Positions 26,586 through 40,100 of a DNA stretch of 64,000 nucleotides are shown piece by piece (the stretch's first letter is position 1; each line of letters begins with the position of its first letter). The position numbers and the translations under genes were made by a program. Origin of the DNA: Eledone cirrhosa (lineage: Eukaryota); NCBI GenBank assembly GCA_964016885.1, contig OZ024742.1:300700001-300764000 (forward strand), read 5' to 3'. The notes under the pieces were generated by a model. The model was not told the DNA's origin. It was given only the letters and a program-made list of their open reading frames with translations, and did not search any database.

Positions 26586-26697
26586 TAATATGAAAAGATT
26601 CAGGACCCCAATGGTTGAGCTCCAGCCGTTTTGACAGCTCAGTTCAAATCTAGTTGTCGAAACGGCCGGAATCGGGGTCCTGAATCTTTTCATATTA
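26586..26697. repeat. 112-bp palindrome / long hairpin
   Basis: The 24-bp outer arms are perfect (TAATATGAAAAGATTCAGGACCCC 26586-26609; GGGGTCCTGAATCTTTTCATATTA 26674-26697). The 19-bp inner arms (26621-26639 and 26652-26670) have 3 mismatches. There is an 8-nt bulge in the left arm and a ~12-nt loop. Confidence 0.95.
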
Positions 26698-27645
26698 ATA
26701 AATATAGAGATATGTAGTGTGGATATTAATAAATATAGAGATATGTAGTGTGGATATTAATAAATATAGAGATATGTAGTGTGTATATTAATAAATATAT
26801 AGATATGTAGTGTGGATATTAATAAATATAGAGATATGTAGTGTGGATATTAATAAATATAGAGATATGTAGTGTGGATATTAATAAATATAGAGATATG
26901 TAGTGTGGATATTAATAAATATAGAGATATGTAGTGTGTATATTAATAAATATATAGATATGTAGTGTGGATATTAATAAATATAGAGATATGTAGTGTG
27001 GATATTAATAAATATAGAGATATGTAGTGTGGATATTAATAAATATAGAGATATGTAGTGTGGATATTAATAAATATAGAGATATGTAGTGTGGATATTA
27101 ATAAATATAGAGATATGTAGTGTGTATATTAATAAATATAGAGATATGTAGTGTGGATATTAATAAATATAGAGATATGTAGTGTGGATATTAATAAATA
27201 TAGAGATATGTAGTGTGTATATTAATAAATATATAGATATGTAGTGTGGATATTAATAAATATAGAGATATGTAGTGTGGATATTAATAAATATAGAGAT
27301 ATGTAGTGTGGATATTAATAAATATAGAGATATGTAGTGTGGATATTAATAAATATAGAGATATGTAGTGTGTATATTAATAAATATATAGATATGTAGT
27401 GTGGATATTAATAAATATAGAGATATGTAGTGTGGATATTAATAAATATAGAGATATGTAGTGTGGATATTAATAAATATAGAGATATGTAGTGTGGATA
27501 TTAATAAATATAGAGATATGTAGTGTGGATATTAATAAATATAGAGATATGTAGTGTGGATATTAATAAATATAGAGATATGTAGTGTGGATATTAATAA
27601 ATATAGAGATATGTAGTGTGGATATTAATAAATATAGAGATATGT
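26692..27645. repeat. 31-bp AT-rich minisatellite (ATATTAATAAATATAGAGATATGTAGTGTGG), ~31 units
   Basis: Near-perfect 31-bp periodicity (e.g. GGATATTAA at 26721 and 26752), with only two recurrent G>T variants. Confidence 0.98.
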
Positions 27646-27656
27646 TGTAGTTATAA

Positions 27657-27736
27657 TCATAAAAAAATCATCCTCTCCCATCTCCTTCTCATCATCATCA
27701 TTGTTGTCGCCATCATCATCATTATCACCATCACCA
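27657..27736. repeat. Degenerate (CAT)n/(CAC)n microsatellite
   Basis: CATCATCATCATTGTTGTCGCCATCATCATCATTATCACCATCACCA, with a pyrimidine-rich lead-in. Confidence 0.8.
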
Positions 27737-27784
27737 GATTTTAACACACAAATAACAGATATTATTCTAAAGTCAGTGGATTCT

Positions 27785-27981
27785 AAGGGCAGTGGATTGG
27801 CAGTATCAGGAGAGGATCGAACGCCATGCTTTGCGGCATAGAGTTACAGCCCTTTACAATCTGAGTTCAAATCCTGCCGAAGTTAAATTTGCCTTTCAAC
27901 CTTATGGGGGTCAATAAAATAAAGTATCAGTAATGCAAGGTATTAAAAGCTGGCCTTGTCCCAAAATTAGAAACAATTATT
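27785..27981 (+). mobile_element. Degenerate tRNA-derived SINE (resembles abundant octopus SINE families)
   Basis: An A-box-like TGGCAGTATCAGG (27798-27810) and a B-box GAGTTCAAATCC (27863-27874) are followed by a TTTGCCTTTCA...GGGGTCAATAAAATAAAGTATCAGT body and a GGCCTTGT.CCAAAATTAGAAACAATTATT tail. Family resemblance is from recall, not a search. Confidence 0.75.
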
Positions 27982-28133
27982 CTAAGGTCAGCCAATAGAG
28001 TTCTGATGCTGTCAAACCCAGATTTTGACACACTGAGAAACCAAGTGACCGTCATTACTCTAGTCAGCAGTGATGTGTACATCTGCTTTGAATTATGCTA
28101 TATAAAGGGACTGGGATTAAAATAAGATAGATA

Positions 28134-31100
28134 ACACCTCATATATTCCATCTCACTCTACACAGAGGAGTAGATACCAGCACACCTCATATATTCCATC
28201 TCACTCTACACAGAGGACTAGATACCAGCACACCTCATATATTCCATCTCACTCTACACAGATGACTAGATACCAGCACACCTCATATATTCCATCTCAC
28301 TCTACACAGAGGACTAGATACCAGCACACCTCATATATTCCATCTCACTCTACACAGAGGACTAGATACCAGCACACCTCATATATTTCATCTCACTCTA
28401 CACAGAGGACTAGATCCCAGCACACCTCATATATTCCATCTCACTCTACACAGAGGACTAGATACCAGCACACCTCATATATTCCATCTCACTCTACAGA
28501 GAGGAGTAGATACCAGCACACCTCATATATTCCATCTCACTCTACACAGAGGACTAGATACCAGCACACCTCATATATTCCATCTCACTCTACGCAGAGG
28601 ACTAGATACCAGGACACCTCATATATTCCATCTCACTCTACACAGAGGACTAGATACCAGCACACCTCATATATTCCATCTCACGCTACACAGAGGACTA
28701 GATACCAGCACACCTCATATATTCCATCTCACTCTACACAGAGGACTAGATACCAGCATACCTCGTATATTCCATCTCACTCTACACAAATGACTAGATA
28801 CCAGCACACCTCATATATTCCATCTCACTCTACACAGAGGACTAGATACCAGCACACCTCATATATTCCATCTCACTCTACACAGAGGACTGCATACCAG
28901 CACACCTCATATATTCCATCTCACTCTACACAGAGGACTAGATATCAGCACACCTCATATGTTCCATCTCACTCTACACAGAGGACTAGATACCAGCACA
29001 CCTCATATATTCCATCTCACTCTACACAGAGGACTAGATACCAGCACACTTCATATATTCCATCTCACTCTACACAGAGGAGTAGATACCAGCACACCTC
29101 ATATATTCCATCTCACTCTACATAGAGGACTAGATACCAGCTAACCTCATATATTCCATCTCACTCTACACAGAGGACTAGATACCAGCACACCTCGTAT
29201 ATTCCATCTCACTCTACACAGAGGACTAGATACCAGCACACCTCATATATTCCATCTTACTCTACACAGAGGACTAGATACCGGCACACCTCATACATTT
29301 CATCTCACTCTACACAGAGGACTAGATACCAGTACACCTCATATATTCCATCTCACTCTACACAGAGGACTAGATACCAGCACACCTCATATATTCCATC
29401 TCACTCTACACACAGAGGACTAGATACCAGCACACCTCATATATTCCATTTCACTCTACACAGATGACTAGATACCAGCACACATCATATATTCCATCTC
29501 ACTCTACACAGAAGACTAGATACCAGCACACCTCATATATTCCATCTCACTCTACACAGAGGACTAGATACCAGCACACCTCATATATTCCATCTCACTC
29601 TACACAGAGGACTAGATCCCAGCACACCTCATATATTCCACCTCACTCTACACAGAGGAGTAGATACCAGCACACCTCATATATTCCATCTCAATCTACA
29701 CAGAGGACTAGATACCAGTACACCTCATATATTCCATCTCACTCTACACAGAGGACTAGATACCAGTACACCTCATATATTCCATCTCACTCTACACAGA
29801 GGAGTAGATACCAGCACACCTCATATATTCCATCTCCCTCTACACAGTTGACTAGATATCAGCACACCTCATATATTCCATCTCACTCTACACGGATGAC
29901 TAGATCCCAGCACACCTCACATATTCCATCACACTCTACACAGAGGACTAGATACCAGCACACCTCATATATTCCAGCTCACTCTACACAGATGACTAGA
30001 TACCAGTACACCTCATATATTCCATCTCACTCTACACAGAGGACTAGATACCAGCACACCTCATATATTCCATCTCACTCTACACAGAGGAGTAGATACC
30101 AGCACACCTCATATATTCCAACTCACTCTACACAGATGACTAGATACCACCACACCTCATATATTCCAGCTCACTCTACACAGAGGACTAGATACCAGCA
30201 CACCTAATATATTCCATCTCACTCTACACAGAGGACTAGATACCAGCACACCTCATATGTTCCATCTCACTCTACACAGATGACTAGATACCAGCACACC
30301 TCATATATTCCATCTCACTCTACACAGAGGACTAGATACCAGCACACCTCATATATTCCATCTCACTCTACACAGAGGAGTAGATACCAGCACACCTCAT
30401 ATATTCCATCTCACTCTACACAGAGGACTAGATACCAGCACACCTCATATATTCCATCTCACTCTACACAGAGGACTAGATACCAGCACACCTCATATAT
30501 TCCATCTCACTCTACACAGAGGAGTAGATACCAGCACACCTCATATGTTCCATCTCACTCTACACAGATGACTAGATACCAGCACACCTCATATATTCCA
30601 GCTCACTCTACAAAGAGGACTAGATACCAGTACACCTCATATATTCCATCTCACTCTACACAAAGGACTAGATACCAGTACACCTCATATATTCCATCTC
30701 ACTCTACACAGAGGAGTAGATACCAGCACACCTCATATATTCCATCTCCCTCTACACAGTTGACTAGATATCAGCACACCTCATATATTCCATCTCACTC
30801 TACATGGATGACTAGATCCCAGCACACCTCATATATTCCATCTCACTCTACACAGAGGACTAGATACCAGCACACCTCATATATTCCATCTCACTCTACA
30901 CAGAGGAGTAGATACCAGCACACATCATATATTCCATCTCACTCTACACAGATGACTAGATACCAGCACACCTCATATATTCCAGCTCACTCTACACAGA
31001 GGACTAGATACCAGCACACCTCATATATTCCATCTCACTCTACACAGAGGACTAGATACCAGCACACCTCATATATTCCATCTCACTCTACACAGAGGAC

Positions 31101-34100
31101 TAGATAGCAGCACACCTCATATATTCCATCTCACTGTACACAGAGGAGTAGATACCAGCACACCTCATATATTCCATGTCACTCTACATAGAGGACTAGA
31201 TACCAGCACACCTCATATATTCCATCTCACTCTACACAGAGGGGTACATACCAGCACACCTCATATATTCCATCTCACTCTACACAAAGGACTAGATACT
31301 AGCACACCTCGTATATTCCATCTCACTCTACACAGAGGACTAGATACCAGCACACCTCATATATTCCATCTCACTCTACACAGATGACTAGATACCAGCA
31401 CACCTCTTATATTCCATCTCACTCTACACAGAGGACTAGTTACCAACACACCTCATATATTCCATCTCACTCTACACAGAGGACTAGATACCAGCACACC
31501 TCATATATTCCATCTCACTCTACACAGAAGACTAGATACCAGCACACCTCATATATTCCATCTCACTCAACACAGAGGAGTAGATACCAGCACACCTCAT
31601 ATATTCCATCTCACTCTACACAGAGGACTAGATACCAGCACACCTCATATATTCCATCTCACTCTACACAGATGACTAGATACCAGCACACCTCATATAT
31701 TCCATCTCACTCTACACAGAGGACTAGATACCAGCACACCTCATATATTCCATCTCACTCTACACAGAGGACTAGATACCAGCACACCTCATATATTCCA
31801 TCTCACTCTACACAGATGACTAGATACCAGCACACCTCATATATTCCATCTCACTCTACACAGAGGACTAGATACCAGCACACCTCATACATTTCATCTC
31901 ACTCTACACAGAGGACTAGATCCCAGCACACCTCATATATTCCATCTCACTCTACACAGAGGACTAGATACCAGCACACCTCATATATTCCATCTCACTC
32001 TACAGAGAGGAGTAGATACCAGCACACCTCATATATTCCATCTCACTCTACACAGAGGACTAGATACCAGCACACCTCATATATTCCATCTCACTCTACG
32101 CAGAGGACTAGATACCAGGACACCTCATATATTCCATCTCACTCTACACAGAGGACTAGATACCAGCACACCTCATATATTCCATCTCACGCTACACAGA
32201 GGACTAGATACCAGCACACCTCATATATTCCATCTCACTCTACACAGAGGACTAGATACCAGCATACCTCGTATATTCCATCTCACTCTACACAAATGAC
32301 TAGATACCAGCACACCTCATATATTCCATCTCACTCTACACAGAGGACTAGATACCAGCACACCTCATATATTCCATCTCACTCTACACAGAGGACTGCA
32401 TACCAGCACACCTCATATATTCCATCTCACTCTACACAGAGGACTAGATATCAGCACACCTCATATGTTCCATCTCACTCTACACAGAGGACTAGATACC
32501 AGCACACCTCATATATTCCATCTCACTCTACACAGAGGACTAGATACCAGCACACCTCATATATTCCATCTCACTCTACACAGAGGAGTAGATACCAGCA
32601 CACCTCATATATTCCATCTCACTCTACATAGAGGACTAGATACCAGCTAACCTCATATATTCCATCTCACTCTACACAGAGGACTAGATACCAGCACACC
32701 TCGTATATTCCATCTCACTCTACACAGAGGAGTAGATACCAGCACACCTCATATATTCCATCTTACTCTACACAGAGGACTAGATACCGGCACACCTCAT
32801 ACATTTCATCTCACTCTACACAGAGGACTAGATACCAGTACACCTCATATATTCCATCTCACTCTACACAGAGGACTAGATACCAGCACACCTCATATAT
32901 TCCATCTCACTCTACACACAGAGGACTAGATACCAGCACACCTCATATATTCCATTTCACTTTACACAGATGACTAGATACCAGCACACATCATATATTC
33001 CATCTCACTCTACACAGAGGACTAGATAACAGCACACCTCATATATTCCATCTCACTCTACACAGATGAATAGATACCAGCACACCTCTTATATTCCATC
33101 TCACTCTACACAGAGGACTAGATACCAACACACCTCATATATTCCATCTCACTCTACACAGAGGACTAGATACCAGCACACCTCATATATTCCATCTCAC
33201 TCTACACAGAAGACTAGATACCAGCACACCTCATATATTCCATCTCACTCAACACAGAGGAGTAGATACCAGCACACCTCATATATTCCATCTCACTCTA
33301 CACAGAGGACTAGATACCAGCACACCTCATATATTCCATCTCACTCTACACAGATGACTAGATACCAGCACACCTCATATATTCCATCTCACTCTACACA
33401 GAGGACTAGATACCAGCACACCTCATATATTCCATCTCACTCTACACAGAGGACTAGATACCAGCACACCTCATATATTCCATCTCACTCTACACAGATG
33501 ACTAGATACCAGCACACCTCATATATTCCATCTCACTCTACACAGAGGACTAGATACCAGCACACCTCATACATTTCATCTCACTCTACACAGAGGACTA
33601 GATCCCAGCACACCTCATATATTCCATCTCACTCTACACAAAGGACTAGATACCAGTACACCTCATATATTCCATCTCACTCTACACAGAGGAGTAGATA
33701 CCAGCACACCTCATATATTCCATCTCCCTCTACACAGTTGACTAGATATCAGCACACCTCATATATTCCATCTCACTCTACATGGATGACTAGATCCCAG
33801 CACACCTCATATATTCCATCTCACTCTACACAGAGGACTAGATACCAGCACACCTCATATATTCCATCTCACTCTACACAGAGGAGTAGATACCAGCACA
33901 CATCATATATTCCATCTCACTCTACACAGATGACTAGATACCAGCACACCTCATATATTCCAGCTCACTCTACACAGAGGACTAGATACCAGCACACCTC
34001 ATATATTCCATCTCACTCTACACAGAGGACTAGATACCAGCACACCTCATATATTCCATCTCACTCTACACAGAGGACTAGATAGCAGCACACCTCATAT

Positions 34101-37100
34101 ATTCCATCTCACTGTACACAGAGGAGTAGATACCAGCACACCTCATATATTCCATGTCACTCTACACAGAGGACTAGATACCAGCACACCTCATATATTC
34201 CATCTCACTCTACACAGAGGGGTACATACCAGCACACCTCATATATTCCATCTCACTCTACACAAAGGACTAGATACTAGCACACCTCGTATATTCCATC
34301 TCACTCTACACAGAGGACTAGATACCAGCACACCTCATATATTCCATCTCACTCTACACAGAGGACTAGATACCAGCACACCTCATATATTCCATCTCAC
34401 TCTACACAGATGACTAGATACCAGCACACCTCATATATTCCATCTCACTCTACACAGAGGACTAGATACCAGCACACCTCATACATTTCATCTCACTCTA
34501 CACAGAGGACTAGATCCCAGCACACCTCATATATTCCATCTCACTCTACACAGAGGAATAGATACCAGCACACCTCATATATTCCATCTCACTCTACAGA
34601 GAGGAGTAGATACCAGCACACCTCATATATTCCATCTCACTCTACACAGAGGACTAGATACCAGCACACCTCATATATTCCATCTCACTCTACGCAGAGG
34701 ACTAGATACCAGGACACCTCATATATTCCATCTCACTCTACACAGAGGACTAGATACCAGCACACCTCATATATTCCATCTCACGCTACACAGAGGACTA
34801 GATACCAGCACACCTCATATATTCCATCTCACTCTACACAGAGGACTAGATACCAGCATACCTCGTATATTCCATCTCACTCTACACAAATGACTAGATA
34901 CCAGCACACCTCATATATTCCATCTCACTCTACACAGAGGACTAGATACCAGCACACCTCATATATTCCATCTCACTCTACACAGAGGACTGCATACCAG
35001 CACACCTCATATATTCCATCTCACTCTACACAGAGGACTAGATATCAGCACACCTCATATGTTCCATCTCACTCTACACAGAGGACTAGATACCAGCACA
35101 CCTCATATATTCCATCTCACTCTACACAGAGGACTAGATACCAGCACACCTCATATATTCCATCTCACTCTACACAGAGGAGTAGATACCAGCACACCTC
35201 ATATATTCCATCTCACTCTACATAGAGGACTAGATACCAGCTAACCTCATATATTCCATCTCACTCTACACAGAGGACTAGATACCAGCACACCTCGTAT
35301 ATTCCATCTCACTCTACACAGAGGACTAGATACCAGCACACCTCATATATTCCATCTTACTCTACACAGAGGACTAGATACCGGCACACCTCATACATTT
35401 CATCTCACTCTACACAGAGGACTAGATACCAGTACACCTCATATATTCCATCTCACTCTACACAGAGGACTAGATACCAGCACACCTCATATATTCCATC
35501 TCACTCTACACACAGAGGACTAGATAACAGCACACCTCATATATTCCATTTCACTCTACACAGATGACTAGATACCAGCACACATCATATATTCCATCTC
35601 ACTCTACACAGAGGACTAGATACCAGCACACCTCATATATTCCATCTCACTCTACACAGATGACTAGATACCAGCACACCTCTTATATTCCATCTCACTC
35701 TACACAGAGGACTAGATACCAACACACCTCATATATTCCATCTCACTCTACACAGAGGACTAGATACCAGCACACCTCATATATTCCATCTCACTCTACA
35801 CAGAAGACTAGATACCAGCACACCTCATATATTCCATCTCACTCAACACAGAGGAGTAGATACCAGCACACCTCATATATTCCATCTCACTCTACACAGA
35901 GGACTAGATACCAGCACACCTCATATATTCCATCTCACTCTACACAGATGACTAGATACCAGCACACCTCATATATTCCATCTCACTCTACACAGAGGAC
36001 TAGATACCAGCACACCTCATATATTCCATCTCACTCTACACAGAGGACTAGATACCAGCACACCTCATATATTCCATCTCACTCTACACAGATGACTAGA
36101 TACCAGCACACCTCATATATTCCATCTCACTCTACACAGAGGACTAGATACCAGCACACCTCATACATTTCATCTCACTCTACACAGAGGACTAGATCCC
36201 AGCACACCTCATATATTCCATCTCACTCTACACAGAGGACTAGATACCAGCACACCTCATATATTCCATCTCACTCTACAGAGAGGAGTAGATACCAGCA
36301 CACCTCATATATTCCATCTCACTCTACACAGAGGACTAGATACCAGCACACCTCATATATTCCATCTCACTCTACGCAGAGGACTAGATACCAGGACACC
36401 TCATATATTCCATCTCACTCTACACAGAGGACTAGATACCAGCACACCTCATATATTCCATCTCACGCTACACAGAGGACTAGATACCAGCACACCTCAT
36501 ATATTCCATCTCACTCTACACAGAGGACTAGATACCAGCATACCTCGTATATTCCATCTCACTCTACACAAATGACTAGATACCAGCACACCTCATATAT
36601 TCCATCTCACTCTACACAGAAGACTAGATACCAGCACACCTCATATATTCCATCTCACTCAACACAGAGGAGTAGATACCAGCACACCTCATATATTCCA
36701 TCTCACTCTACACAGAGGACTAGATACCAGCAGACCTCATATATTCCATCTCACTCTACACAGATGACTAGATACCAGCACACCTCATATATTCCATCTC
36801 ACTCTACACAGAGGACTAGATACCAGCACACCTCATATATTCCATCTCACTCTACACAGAGGACTAGATACCAGCACACCTCATATATTCCATCTCACTC
36901 TACACAGATGACTAGATACCAGCACACCTCATATATTCCATCTCACTCTACACAGAGGACTAGATACCAGCACACCTCATACATTTCATCTCACTCTACA
37001 CAGAGGACTAGATCCCAGCACACCTCATATATTCCATCTCACTCTACACAGAGGACTAGATACCAGCACACCTCATATATTCCATCTCACTCTACACAGA

Positions 37101-40100
37101 TGACTAGATACCAGCACACCTCATATATTCCATCTCACTCTACACAGAGGACTAGATACCAGCACACCTCATACATTTCATCTCACTCTACACAGAGGAC
37201 TAGATCCCAGCACACCTCATATATTCCATCTCACTCTACAGAGAGGAGTAGATACCAGCACACCTCATATATTCCATCTCACTCTACACAGAGGACTAGA
37301 TACCAGCACACCTCATATATTCCATCTCACTCTACGCAGAGGACTAGATACCAGGACACCTCATATATTCCATCTCACTCTACACAGAGGACTAGATACC
37401 AGCACACCTCATATATTCCATCTCACGCTACACAGAGGACTAGATACCAGCACACCTCATATATTCCATCTCACTCTACACAGAGGACTAGATACCAGCA
37501 TACCTCGTATATTCCATCTCACTCTACACAAATGACTAGATACCAGCACACCTCATATATTCCATCTCACTCTACACAGAGGACTAGATACCAGCACACC
37601 TCATATATTCCATCTCACTCTACACAGAGGACTGCATACCAGCACACCTCATATATTCCATCTCACTCTACACAGAGGACTAGATATCAGCACACCTCAT
37701 ATGTTCCATCTCACTCTACACAGAGGACTAGATACCAGCACACCTCATATATTCCATCTCACTCTACACAGAGGACTAGATACCAGCACACCTCATATAT
37801 TCCATCTCACTCTACACAGAGGAGTAGATACCAGCACACCTCATATATTCCATCTCACTCTACATAGAGGACTAGATACCAGCTAACCTCATATATTCCA
37901 TCTCACTCTACACAGAGGACTAGATACCAGCACACCTCGTATATTCCATCTCACTCTACACAGAGGACTAGATTCCGGCACACCTCATACATTTCATCTC
38001 ACTCTACACAGAGGACTAGATACCAGTACACCTCATATATTCCATCTCACTCTACACAGAGGACTAGATACCAGCACACCTCATATATTCCATCTCACTC
38101 TACACACAGAGGACTAGATACCAGCACACCTCATATATTCCATTTCACTCTACACAGATGACTAGATACCAGCACACATCATATATTCCATCTCACTCTA
38201 CACAGAAGACTAGATACCAGCACACCTCATATATTCCATCTCACTCTACACAGAGGACTAGATACCAGCACACCTCATATATTCCATCTCACTCTACACA
38301 GAGGACTAGATCCCAGCACACCTCATATATTCCACCTCACTCTACACAGAGGAGTAGATACCAGCACACCTCATATATTCCATCTCAATCTACACAGAGG
38401 ACTAGATACCAGTACACCTCATATATTCCATCTCACTCTACACAGAGGACTAGATACCAGTACACCTCATATATTCCATCTCACTCTACACAGAGGAGTA
38501 GATACCAGCACACCTCATATATTCCATCTCCCTCTACACAGTTGACTAGATATCAGCACACCTCATATATTCCATCTCACTCTACACGGATGACTAGATC
38601 CCAGCACACCTCACATATTCCATCACACTCTACACAGAGGACTAGATACCAGCACACCTCATATATTCCAGCTCACTCTACACAGATGACTAGATACCAG
38701 TACACCTCATATATTCCATCTCACTCTACACAGAGGACTAGATACCAGCACACCTCATATATTCCATCTCATTCTACACAGAGGAGTAGATACCAGCACA
38801 CCTCATATATTCCAACTCACTCTACACAGATGACTAGATACCACCACACCTCATATATTCCAGCTCACTCTACACAGAGGACTAGATACCAGCACACCTA
38901 ATATATTCCATCTCACTCTACACAGAGGACTAGATACCAGCACGCCTCATATGTTCCATCTCACTCTACACAGATGACTAGATACCAGCACACCTCATAT
39001 ATTCCATCTCACTCTACACAGAGGACTAGATACCAGCACACCTCATATATTCCATCTCACTCTACACAGAGGAGTAGATACCAGCACACCTCATATATTC
39101 CATCTCACTCTACACAGAGGACTAGATACCAGCACACCTCATATATTCCATCTCACTCTACACAGAGGACTAGATACCAGCACACCTCATATATTCCATC
39201 TCACTCTACACAGAGGAGTAGATACCAGCACACCTCATATGTTCCATCTCACTCTACACAGATGACTAGATACCAGCACACCTCATATATTCCAGCTCAC
39301 TCTACAAAGAGGACTAGATACCAGTACACCTCATATATTCCATCTCACTCTACACAAAGGACTAGATACCAGTACACCTCATATATTCCATCTCACTCTA
39401 CACAGAGGAGTAGATACCAGCACACCTCATATATTCCATCTCCCTCTACACAGTTGACTAGATATCAGCACACCTCATATATTCCATCTCACTCTACATG
39501 GATGACTAGATCCCAGCACACCTCATATATTCCATCTCACTCTACACAGAGGACTAGATACCAGCACACCTCATATATTCCATCTCACTCTACACAGAGG
39601 AGTAGATACCAGCACACATCATATATTCCATCTCACTCTACACAGATGACTAGATACCAGCACACCTCATATATTCCAGCTCACTCTACACAGAGGACTA
39701 GATACCAGCACACCTCATATATTCCATCTCACTCTACACAGAGGACTAGATACCAGCACACCTCATATATTCCATCTCACTCTACACAGATGACTAGATA
39801 CCAGCACACCTCATATATTCCATCTCACTCTACACAGAGGACTAGATAGCAGCACACCTCATATATTCCATCTCACTGTACACAGAGGAGTAGATACCAG
39901 CACACCTCATATATTCCATGTCACTCTACACAGAGGACTAGATACCAGCACACCTCATATATTCCATCTCACTCTACACAGAGGGGTACATACCAGCACA
40001 CCTCATATATTCCATCTCACTCTACACAAAGGACTAGATACTAGCACACCTCGTATATTCCATCTCACTCTACACAGAGGACCAGATACCAGTACACCTC

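Noticed and set aside
26640-26690. Hammerhead ribozyme suggested by CGAAAC...GTC in the hairpin
   Set aside because: No CUGANGA core is present upstream on either strand and stem III pairing is not supported.
27798-27880. tRNA gene
   Set aside because: A/B-box-like motifs are present but no convincing cloverleaf; the sequence continues into a SINE-like body and tail.
28098-28112. TATA box (TATATAAAGGG) just upstream of satellite B as a promoter for satellite transcripts
   Set aside because: A short AT-rich motif is expected by chance in this background, and nothing else supports it without TSS data.
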